From an archaeon (GTDB taxonomy: Archaea > Methanobacteriota_B > Thermococci > Methanofastidiosales > NM3), in NCBI GenBank assembly GCA_004212155.1, contig RXIG01000008.1, positions 31,827-95,826 on the forward strand: DNA of 64,000 bases, written 5' to 3'. The notes under the pieces are model-generated. The model was not told where the DNA came from. It was given only the letters and a program-made list of their open reading frames with translations, and searched no databases. Within the stretch, counting starts at the first letter, position 1. Each line of letters opens with the position of its first letter. Made by a program: the position numbers and the translations under genes. Shown in pieces: positions 1-8,600 of this stretch.

Positions 1-721
1 TGAGCTGCTCGCACTGGAGCTCTGCATGCAGGCGTATCGTGAACGCGGGGAAGCTGTCCTTCAACTGCTTGTAGAACTCAGGCGTGCAGGCAAATGCGAA
101 AAGGCACCCCTTCGGCATGTTCGAGATGAATCCGCGCAGCGCCTCGAAGAACTGTATGAGGTCCGACTCGGACGCGGTCATGATGTTTTCGATCTCGTCC
201 AGGATGAGCGCAGAGAGCTCGTGGCGCCCCATGCCCTCCCTGAGCTGGCGTGCCACGGCCTGGGGGTCGTAGGTCGCCCTTGTCACGCGGGGGCGCGACG
301 AGACGGGTGGCGGCGGCGCGGGGGCGAACATACGCTTGATGGCTGCAACGAATCCCGTCGCCTGCGGCGGCACCGCGATCTCCTCTTCGGGATGCAGGGC
401 GTCGAGGAAGCCCTGGGTCACCTGAGCGATGTCGTTGTTGTCGACCTTTTGGAAATGTACGAATCCGCCGGATCCCTCTACAAGGCTCATGATGCCCTTG
501 AGGCGCTGTGTCTTTCCGGCCCCAAGCTCGCCTACGAGCGAGATGGCAAGCGATGAGCTGTTGTCAACGACCTCGGAGAGGATCTCTGCAAGCCTGGTAT
601 CGATCGTTTGTGAGACGTGGATGTCCTCCACGTTCTCTATGCCTTCGCTTGACAGCGACGTGAATGGATTGCGTGCAAGTGCGAATCGAGAATAATCAGG
701 AGGATTCGATTGTTCGTACAT
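1..721 (-). CDS. P-loop AAA+ family ATPase (runs off window start; C-terminus missing)
   Basis: Hand translation from ATG at 721 (AAGGTG upstream): MYEQSNPPDYSRFALARNPF...; Walker A GELGAGKT; Walker B LILDEIE; frame open to base 1. Confidence 0.85.
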   Translation of the reverse strand, partial: MYEQSNPPDYSRFALARNPFTSLSSEGIENVEDIHVSQTIDTRLAEILSEVVDNSSSLAISLVGELGAGKTQRLKGIMSLVEGSGGFVHFQKVDNNDIAQVTQGFLDALHPEEEIAVPPQATGFVAAIKRMFAPAPPPPVSSRPRVTRATYDPQAVARQLREGMGRHELSALILDEIENIMTASESDLIQFFEALRGFISNMPKGCLFAFACTPEFYKQLKDSFPAFTIRLHAELQCEQL

Positions 722-847
722 TAATACACCTTATTTTTCCTACAGTATAAATTAATATAAATCTTACGTATTTCAAACGCGATATTACCGAAATCGAGAT
801 AGAGAAAGGTTTTTATTCGTAGGAAAATGATTCTTTATGGAATTATC

Positions 848-1840
848 ATGAAACGGTCAGCCATCGTCCTCGTGATGCTTTTCTTGTGCGTGTCGTGTGC
901 GAGCGCAGGTGCCAGTCCGACCGAGCACGACCTCATCATCGTCAGGGACGACATCCCCATCGAGTACGTCATCGGCCTCCCCTTCGCATCGGCACACAAC
1001 ATTCCCCTGCTCCAGGTACCAGGCGACGCGCTTGATGCGAACGAGCAAAAACAGCTCGCTGGCTACTACCAGAACGGGGCGCGCAGGGTGCTGATACTGG
1101 GGGGCGTCGACACGGCGATCTCGGATGCGGTCGAGGAGACCATCCGGGAGATCGGCTACGAGGTGGAGCGAAAAAGCGGCCTTGCGCGGGAGAACACTGC
1201 CGCGCTCTTTGCCATCGAGACGTGGAAGGAGTCGCCGCAAGCCGTCGTGCTCAACGGGTCCGTGGAGGAGTCGTACCTCGTCGGGCTGCAGGCGGCCATG
1301 CAGCTCTCATGCCCCATACTGCTCACCAACGACACGACGCTGACCTACGACACGAGCAGGGCGCTCGAGTCGCTCGGGTGCGAGACGGCATATGTCATCG
1401 GCTCGACGATCGAGCAGGGCGTCTTTGACGAGCTCGACGCCATGGGCATCAAATACGTGCACATCGGCGAGGACATCGACCCTCACGAGGTCATCGAGCG
1501 GCCAGACGACGGTCTCGACCTTCTCTCTCCCGCATCGTTTATCTTCGGGGCGATCATCGGCATCGTCGGGATGTATGCGCTGCTTCGATACCGGAGCACG
1601 AGGCAGATGCCCGAGGTGCCGCTTTTCGTCCTGACAGAGGATGAGCGCACGGTCGTCAACGCCATCGTGCGCGCAGGCGGGGAGCTGCGCCAGGACGAGC
1701 TGCCCAAGCTCACGAACTATTCGCGCCCCAAGGTCTCCCGCATCGTCAACGACCTGGAGGGAAAACAGATACTCATGCGCGAGAAGAAAGGAAAGACTTA
1801 TAAAGTGAGCATAGCGAAGAAGTTTATCAACAGGAAGTAG
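848..1840 (+). CDS. Secreted cell-wall-binding-2-like domain + TM helix + C-terminal winged-helix DNA-binding domain
   Basis: Signal peptide MKRSAIVLVMLFLCVSCASA; CWB2-like motifs (PLL..., VLILGG..AIS..VE, R.SG..R..T, PILLT); TM FIFGAIIGIVGMYALL; wHTH LTEDERTVV...QDEL...SRPKVSRIVNDLEGKQIL. Confidence 0.75.
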   Translation: MKRSAIVLVMLFLCVSCASAGASPTEHDLIIVRDDIPIEYVIGLPFASAHNIPLLQVPGDALDANEQKQLAGYYQNGARRVLILGGVDTAISDAVEETIREIGYEVERKSGLARENTAALFAIETWKESPQAVVLNGSVEESYLVGLQAAMQLSCPILLTNDTTLTYDTSRALESLGCETAYVIGSTIEQGVFDELDAMGIKYVHIGEDIDPHEVIERPDDGLDLLSPASFIFGAIIGIVGMYALLRYRSTRQMPEVPLFVLTEDERTVVNAIVRAGGELRQDELPKLTNYSRPKVSRIVNDLEGKQILMREKKGKTYKVSIAKKFINRK

Positions 1841-1857
1841 CCTGAGGAGTGAAGTTC

Positions 1858-2013
1858 ATGAAATGTTCTTCTTGTCATAGAGAGATTACCCCTAAGGAAA
1901 AGATGGTCCAGTTCCCGTGCCCCGAATGCGAGGAGACGGTCATTCGGTGTGAGAAGTGCAGGGTGCTTGGTAATAAGTATACATGCACGAGCTGCGGGTT
2001 CGTCGGACCGTAA
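1858..2013 (+). CDS. Small Zn-ribbon protein (DUF1610/HVO_2753-like), 51 aa
   Basis: Hand translation MKCSSCHREITPKEKMVQFPCPECEETVIRCEKCRVLGNKYTCTSCGFVGP; four CxxC; conserved position upstream of aEF-1beta. Confidence 0.9.
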   Translation: MKCSSCHREITPKEKMVQFPCPECEETVIRCEKCRVLGNKYTCTSCGFVGP

Positions 2014-2026
2014 GGAGAGATTCACA

Positions 2027-2305
2027 ATGAGCGATTATAACACGGTAGCAACGATAAGGGTCATGCCAGAGGGCGTGGAGACCGACCTCGAGGCCCTTAA
2101 GACGAAGATCCAGGACGCGGTGCCTGGCAACATGAAGATACACAAGATAGAGGAAGAACCAATTGCGTTCGGCCTCGTGGCGCTCAACGTCATGATCCTC
2201 ACGTCAGACAAGGAGGGCGGCGACCTCGACCCGGCAGTAGAGGCGTTTGATACCCTCGAGAACGTGAGCGAAGTAGACATCACCGATGTCAGGCGCCTGC
2301 TCTAG
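2027..2305 (+). CDS. ef1b: Translation elongation factor aEF-1 beta
   Basis: IRVMPEGVETDLE...EEEPIAFGLVAL motif. Confidence 0.95.
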   Translation: MSDYNTVATIRVMPEGVETDLEALKTKIQDAVPGNMKIHKIEEEPIAFGLVALNVMILTSDKEGGDLDPAVEAFDTLENVSEVDITDVRRLL

Positions 2306-2316
2306 GCCCGCTTTTC

Positions 2317-3315
2317 TTAGAACCACTGATCGAGCGTCTCTTGTTTGATGACGCTCTCGATTCCCTTTTCCAATCGTTCCAGGGCGCGTTCCACGCGTAT
2401 GTGTGAAAAGTCGCGCTTGTCGCAGAGGAACGACTCGATGCTGTCCGACTGTGGCGACGAGAACGAGAACTCGTAGTCGTCGGTGACCTTGGGCGAGAGG
2501 AAGAGGCCCTTTAGCGTCTCGTCGACGCCATACGATGAGAACGACCCTTCACGAACGACGTCAAGCGCCTTTTTCGGACCGATGCCCTTGACCCCGAGAT
2601 TGTAGTCGGTACCCACGAGCAGCGCGACCTCGACGAGCTGCTCGCGCGTGAGCGAGAGCGACTCGAGCACCGCGGCGAGCTCGACCTGTTCGGGAACGAC
2701 CTCGCGGTAGACGTTCTTGCCAGGCATCTTGCGCCGGCCCGAGATCGTGACGTTGCGGATCAGCATTGGCGCGCCGAAGAGCAGCGAATCGTAGTCCTGG
2801 GACGCAACTGCGAAGACGCGCTTGTCGGTGCTGCACATGTATGAGGCCTGCGCCTCGCCCTCGGATGGCGCATCGATGTAGGGGATGCCCATGAAGGTCA
2901 GCAGGTCCCGTGCCTCGGCGAGCATGTCAGAGGTGAAGGTAAGCATCTGCTGTGAATACTTGGCATAGTCCTCCTTCCTGCCCTCGACCTTCGCACGGAT
3001 GGCCTTCTTCTTGGCCTCGTCCTTGTGCTCTTTGCGTTCGCGCAGCGTGTCGATCTTCTCGCGCGGAGGCGTGCCGTCAAAGACGTATACGGGACGGATG
3101 CCCATCTCGAGCAGATTGATGGAACGATAAAAGAGACCGGAAAGATGTGACGTGGTGCGTCCCTGGGAATCCTTGAGCACCTCGCCGTCACGCTGGCGTA
3201 TGATGGCCAGGAACTGGTAGAGCGCATTGAGCGCATCCACCGCCAGCACCTTCCCATGGAGCGCCGCGAAGTCGATCTCGGTGCGCGGCACCACATCCTT
3301 GAGGTCGACGCCCAT
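2317..3315 (-). CDS. fen: Flap endonuclease 1
   Basis: MGVDL, DALNALYQFL, TTSHLSGLFYR, APSEGEAQA, SQDYDSLLFG, GTDYN, C-terminal PIP box QETLDQWF. Confidence 0.97.
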   Translation of the reverse strand: MGVDLKDVVPRTEIDFAALHGKVLAVDALNALYQFLAIIRQRDGEVLKDSQGRTTSHLSGLFYRSINLLEMGIRPVYVFDGTPPREKIDTLRERKEHKDEAKKKAIRAKVEGRKEDYAKYSQQMLTFTSDMLAEARDLLTFMGIPYIDAPSEGEAQASYMCSTDKRVFAVASQDYDSLLFGAPMLIRNVTISGRRKMPGKNVYREVVPEQVELAAVLESLSLTREQLVEVALLVGTDYNLGVKGIGPKKALDVVREGSFSSYGVDETLKGLFLSPKVTDDYEFSFSSPQSDSIESFLCDKRDFSHIRVERALERLEKGIESVIKQETLDQWF

Positions 3316-3317
3316 GA

Positions 3318-3497
3318 TCACTCATCCGGGCGTACGACGGTAATGGGAAGGACACCCATTTCGAGCTCCTTGATCGCTACGCGAATGGAGTCGAAGTCGT
3401 CAGTATCAATGAGGATTGGCGCATCCATGGATATCTGCAGGGCCCGTGCGCCTATGACCCGTGCACGCTCGTATCTATTCAATCGTATAGGAATCAC
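3318..3497 (-). CDS. rpoK: DNA-directed RNA polymerase subunit K (Rpo6); start GTG 3497 or TTG 3482
   Basis: Hand translation ...[26 protein letters not shown]...[19 protein letters not shown]. Confidence 0.93.
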   Translation of the reverse strand: MIPIRLNRYERARVIGARALQISMDAPILIDTDDFDSIRVAIKELEMGVLPITVVRPDE

Positions 3498-3716
3498 CCG
3501 GTTTCGTACGTTCTCGGTAAACGATAAGATATAAGAACCTTAATAACGTTACGCATACTGTTTTTAATCATTTCGGTATCCTTGGGCCATTTCGCACCTT
3601 AAAAGCCTTGCGATGGCCGTGAAGTGTAGCCCCGGGGGCACATGATGAGGAGAGGCGGGGACATGCGATGACGCCTGTCCCCAATTGAGTAAAAAAACTA
3701 ATTTTTTTGCGAAGAA

Positions 3717-3788
3717 TCACTTCTTTTTTACGTTCTTCTGAGTTGCAGTCGTTTCTTTCTTCTTTTTAGGCGATGCCTTAGCTCCCAT
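3717..3788 (-). CDS. Putative 23-aa lysine-rich small protein MGAKASPKKKKETTATQKNVKKK
   Basis: Strong RBS GGAGGTG 5 nt before ATG; TATA-like TTTATATA about 40 nt upstream; no recognised family. Confidence 0.6.
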   Translation of the reverse strand: MGAKASPKKKKETTATQKNVKKK

Positions 3789-3971
3789 GCACACACCTCC
3801 AAATATTATAAGATTAATAACCTATATATAAACTTATCTATTGGTAAATTGCTATTAGAAAAAAAAATAATATTATTATATACTTATAATAAAAATATAA
3901 ATATTAAATAATAAAATAATTAATAAAAATAAATTAAAAAATAATTAATAAAAGAAAAATAAAGAAAAAGA

Positions 3972-5645
3972 TTAAAGCTCGTTGAATATCTTATCTTCAA
4001 GGAGCCTTATCTGTTCATCCACGTAGTCAAGCGTTTCCTTGTCCATGCGGGCAGCAAGCGTGTTGCGGCGGTCGACGATCTTCGAGTAGTTCGACACGGC
4101 ACCTTTCAGGTCCTTGCGTATCGTCTCTGGATCGTAGTGCGCCACTGCCTTGTCAAGACCGTCCACGAGCTTGGCGGCGTCAGGGTCGCTTGGCGTCGGC
4201 GCCGTGCGTCCGGGCGCTACCGGCGTCACGAGCGTTCGCTGTGCACCCTCGCCCCCCTCTGGAGGTCCTGGTGGCGGCACCGGTGCTGCCTCTCCGTAGA
4301 ACTCGGGTGGTGGTCCTTCCTCCTCCTCTTCTTCCCTGCGGCGGGCAAGGAGTATGATAAGGATTGCCAGGAGTAATAGCAACAGCAGCAACCCAAGGAA
4401 CCACGTCTGCATATACCACGGCGTCCCGTCGTCCTCTTCGCACGACTCGATGCGGTCATCGATCATCTGGACCATTGCATCGTCGTCGTAGCTGGCATAG
4501 ATCTCCCTGGCGTCCTGCCACTTGTTAATGGCGCTCTCGCAGTCGCCCTGGTCGGCAAAGGCATCGCCCTGTTCGACAAGCTCCTCTGCAAGGCCGTACT
4601 TGTCGCACTTTTCCAAGTAGAAGTCGCACTGGGCCACGCCGTCCTCGTCGCCGCACTGCTCATAGAGGGCCCGGGCTATCTCGAGCTGCGAGCGCGCTTC
4701 CTCGCAGTCCTCCTCGTAGACCTCCATGGCCGCCTCGAACGTCTCCTCTGCGAGCGTGCAGGGATCTTCTGCCTCGGCCACCGTGAAGGTGGTCTGTATG
4801 GAGTTATTGTCAATGTTCGAGTCGTACTGGTGCGGATTGAGGTACATCTTGGCGGTTAGGTCGCCAAGCCTGCTTGCGCCCCAAGAGAGCGTGACGGTCT
4901 GTGTGGAGTTCGGTTCGAACGACAACGTCGTCGAAGCGAGGTTGCCCTGTGCGATCTCCGGGATGTAGAAGCCGAGTATCTTGTCGGGCAGATTCACATC
5001 GCCGTCGACGGTCACGTCGACACTGACGTTGACCGTGTCGCCAAGCGCCGGCTCCTCGGGTGTGATGACAAGATTTGACAGTATCACGTCGTATGGTTCG
5101 AGCACGCGTACCGGAAGGGTCACAGACCTGTCGCCGATCGATGATGTTGCGGTGAACTGGATCTCGTAGAGGCCCGGAGCCTCGCCCTCGGGTACCGAGA
5201 CGTCGACGGTGACGGTCTCGCTGTCATTGCCCTCGAGTATGAGCCGGTCCTCAGAGAGCGTCACGTCCCATTCTGGCGGGCCCATGACGCTGAGATAAAT
5301 GTTGTTCACGTTCGCCATCTTGAACGAGCTCGCGCTGCCGGTACCTGGCATGCCCATGCCCCCGCCTGTGACGAAAGAAGACTCACTTGGCGGAGATGGG
5401 GGGGGTGGTGGAGTTTCCGTTGGTGGAGATGGCGATGTGGTGGGGGAAGGTGTAGTCGTAGGTTCACCCGTACTGCTCGTGAGCACGGTTACGTCTATGC
5501 TTGTGGAGTACCCTGCATAGACCTGGGCCTCTTCCCCGCTCCACTGTATATATACCTGGAGGTCGGCACCTGCCACCATCGCCCCCGAGAGGAGGACGAT
5601 GAGGACCAGTGCCGCTCCACAGACAGACCGACGCATCAGGTTCAC
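3972..5645 (-). CDS. Membrane-anchored surface protein: signal peptide, Pro/Thr linker, Ig-like NEW3/CARDB-type domains, Cys-containing helical repeats, TM helix, Pro-rich cytoplasmic tail
   Basis: PTTTPSPTTSPSPPTETPPPPP; VSVPEGEAPGLYEI; PEEPALGDTVNVSV...DSNIDNN; poly-Leu TM followed by RRREEEE. Confidence 0.75.
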   Translation of the reverse strand: MNLMRRSVCGAALVLIVLLSGAMVAGADLQVYIQWSGEEAQVYAGYSTSIDVTVLTSSTGEPTTTPSPTTSPSPPTETPPPPPSPPSESSFVTGGGMGMPGTGSASSFKMANVNNIYLSVMGPPEWDVTLSEDRLILEGNDSETVTVDVSVPEGEAPGLYEIQFTATSSIGDRSVTLPVRVLEPYDVILSNLVITPEEPALGDTVNVSVDVTVDGDVNLPDKILGFYIPEIAQGNLASTTLSFEPNSTQTVTLSWGASRLGDLTAKMYLNPHQYDSNIDNNSIQTTFTVAEAEDPCTLAEETFEAAMEVYEEDCEEARSQLEIARALYEQCGDEDGVAQCDFYLEKCDKYGLAEELVEQGDAFADQGDCESAINKWQDAREIYASYDDDAMVQMIDDRIESCEEDDGTPWYMQTWFLGLLLLLLLLAILIILLARRREEEEEEGPPPEFYGEAAPVPPPGPPEGGEGAQRTLVTPVAPGRTAPTPSDPDAAKLVDGLDKAVAHYDPETIRKDLKGAVSNYSKIVDRRNTLAARMDKETLDYVDEQIRLLEDKIFNEL

Positions 5646-5651
5646 CGTTGT

Positions 5652-8600
5652 TTAGGAGATTGTGATTGTACAATCATCGTCGCAGTATATCCAGTATCCA
5701 TGCCATGGATTGAACTCATCAAATCCGCTTGCAAATCGCCCACGCGGGTCGTAGAGCTGTGCCTGGTTCGTTGGCGATCCAGCGACCTCGTCGGGGAGGT
5801 ACGTCCACATGAGGTTGACCGTTCCTGGCACTGAAGCATCCAATGCCGTTGCGATGTCGTTGTTTGCTGTCAGCAGGTTGTAGCCTATCAGGCTCCACTG
5901 GCCACCGGTGATGTCAATAGAGCGAGAGGTAGTACTCTCTTCTCCTACCACTGTAAGCTCTGCAAGCCCATTTAGTCGTATCCAGTAGCCGCGGTCATGT
6001 TCCGGATATTTCACGGTCGATGACTTTACGCTAGATGTGTCAGGGTAGTCGTAGTATTCGTAGTATTCGTCAGTGCCATTGTACTGAGCGATCTTGTCCC
6101 ATGTCGAGTAATCTATGCCACTCGCATAGAGCAGTGCGGGCCATGGCACGTCCTCTGGCACGAGCACGGGGAACGACATCATGTACCAGCCAGCCTCAGG
6201 GAACGTTAGGTCGGATGATGTGCCAGGTTCGAGTACTAGAGACACAGTATCTGAGTCGCCCACTTCTACCACGAACTCAGACGCATCCATTATCATGTCA
6301 GCGTCGTTATCCGAGGCACATGCAACATACGTTTCACCATCGCCATCCGTTGGGAGATTGGTAAACGTAGCAATACCTGAACCATTGGTTGCGGCCTCGC
6401 CAAAGTATTCGTATACTTGTGTTGATTCATTGAAGTGCCATATCGTCACTAGTGCCCCCACATATGAGCTCGCTGAATCATCAGTGACAGTGACCTCGAG
6501 ATCGCCAAATCCTGCAACGCTCATGTCAAGACTGATGTCCTGAGTTATGGTGTCTCCTGGATTAACAACCACGCCATTCACTACTTCTGTAACGAATCCT
6601 AACTTGCTGAATTCGAGATCGTAGGTAGCGTCCGGCAAGTCGTTGACGCTGTATGTACCATCACCAAGTGTGGAAGCGTAGTACTCGTCCGTTGTAGATG
6701 TATTTGTTGCTTTTACTGTTACACCCTGTATGGGGGTCGTACCGTCCATCTGCGTAACTGTACCATTTATGATACCAAGCGTAGAGGATGATTCATTGAT
6801 GGTAGCAGTTATGTAGTAACTATCCCAATCATCGTAATCGAGCGTTACCCATTTGGTGGTTACATCGTAGCCCGTCTTGGAGAACTTGACGAACCAGGTA
6901 CCAAGGGGTACGCCCGTTTCATTGTCGTCGTTATCTCCGTCGTAGTTAAGGTCAGCATGCTCCCATCCAGATGTGTCCCAGTTGCCGCTACTATCAGTCT
7001 GTGTAGTGAACCGTGGCGTAGAGAAGTCATCTGGAGAGAACCATTCTACGTCCGCACCTTGAACTGGATTGGAGCCGTCATCTACACTACCTGTGACATT
7101 TACGAAGTAGCGTGACATCGGTATGTCCTGTTCGATGATGTCGCCCTCAGAGATGACGATCGGGTCCTCAATCTGCCAGTCTTGGTACTCTGGTAGTTCA
7201 GTGCCATCCACGATCTGAACACACTGGAGCGTGTACGTTCCAACAGGCAGGCTTGGCACCGAGTAGAACCCGGTATCATCGGTGAATGCCTCGAACGTGC
7301 CTACGCCATTCTTAACAGCGATGATCTTGGCGTTGATGACCTTGTCGCCCGCATCCTTGACACCATTTCCATTCACGTCCTCGAAGACGTATCCGCTTAT
7401 GGTGTTCGTGAGCTTGTTGAGCGAGTAGTTCATGGTGTTGAGGCCAAGCTCGACGGTCGTGTATTCCTCGTGAGACTCGTACCCGGCAGCGTTTACCTCT
7501 ACGAGGTAGGTCTCATCAGCAGTGAGGCCCTCGAGTATGTAGAATCCGAAGCTATCGGTGTCTTCGGAAACACTGTCAGCGGTCACACTGGCATTGACGA
7601 TACCCTCCGTCTTGGGCACGGAGGCATCGACATCATAGTCATTCTCGCCATCTGCATCGAAATATACTTCCCCATAAAGATATGCAGAAGTATAAGATGT
7701 CGTCTTGTAGAGTGGGAAGTCGATCCACTGGCCACTGCCCTCCACCATGGGTAGATTCCTCTGTATGCCTGGCTCGTATATTCCTTCATCTGCGAGATCG
7801 CCCGCCACGATGGTCATCTTCGTCGTCGAGCTGTTTATCTGTGAAGACACTTCGTTGATAATATAGTATCCAGTTGAATCGGTCTCGGCCTTGAGCCCCG
7901 CGGATGCCACATCGTTGTTGACACCTGAGCCGGGGATATAGACCGGCATGTCAGGGATGCGCTCGTTCTCATCGACGACGCCGTTGTTGTTCATGTCCCA
8001 GAAGGCGATACCCTCTATCCATGAGTCATACGGTGTCGATGGTGTCGATGGAAGCTCGATCATGACCTGTGTGTTTGTCGCTTGGTCCCGTGCCACCGTC
8101 ATGGTGTACTGCTGCGGCGTGGTACCAGTGATCTCTTCCTTTGCGGTCACATGGTAGGTCCTGCCGCCATCGTTTGGCACATCCATGAAGACGAAGTTGT
8201 AATCATCTCCATTTATGTCGTTGTTGGTGGAGCTAGAGCTATAAACTGTGCGACCAAGTCCGGGGATTGATACCTCGACATTTTCAACTTCCTCGCCTGG
8301 CTGATAAGCTGGGTCACTATTATTGTTTCGCCAAACGATACCGTAAAGGTTGTTGTCAGGCATCGTTGTCTCGTCCCAGAGCGCGAAGTGTTCGGTGACT
8401 ATCGCCCTGCCTGGGACGACCACATCGTAGCGCTCCTTGGTCACATAATCGGTGGTATTCGGCTCCATGGGTGCCTGGAGCGTGTAGGTGCCACGGTTGG
8501 CCACGAGTACGTACCATCCGTTGCTGTCGGTAACACCCGTTTCCTCATTGGATGGGATATCGTCGTCCATGGCTAGCACTTCTATTCCCTCGATGCCATC

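Noticed and set aside
26-556. 176-aa plus-strand ORF in the track
   Set aside because: Shadow of the minus-strand AAA+ ATPase, which has clear Walker motifs.
3642-3690. C/D box sRNA starting at ATGATGA (also near 36370)
   Set aside because: No CTGA D box at suitable spacing.
3500-3971. Replication origin
   Set aside because: No ORB-like repeats recognised and no clear cdc6/orc1 adjacent.
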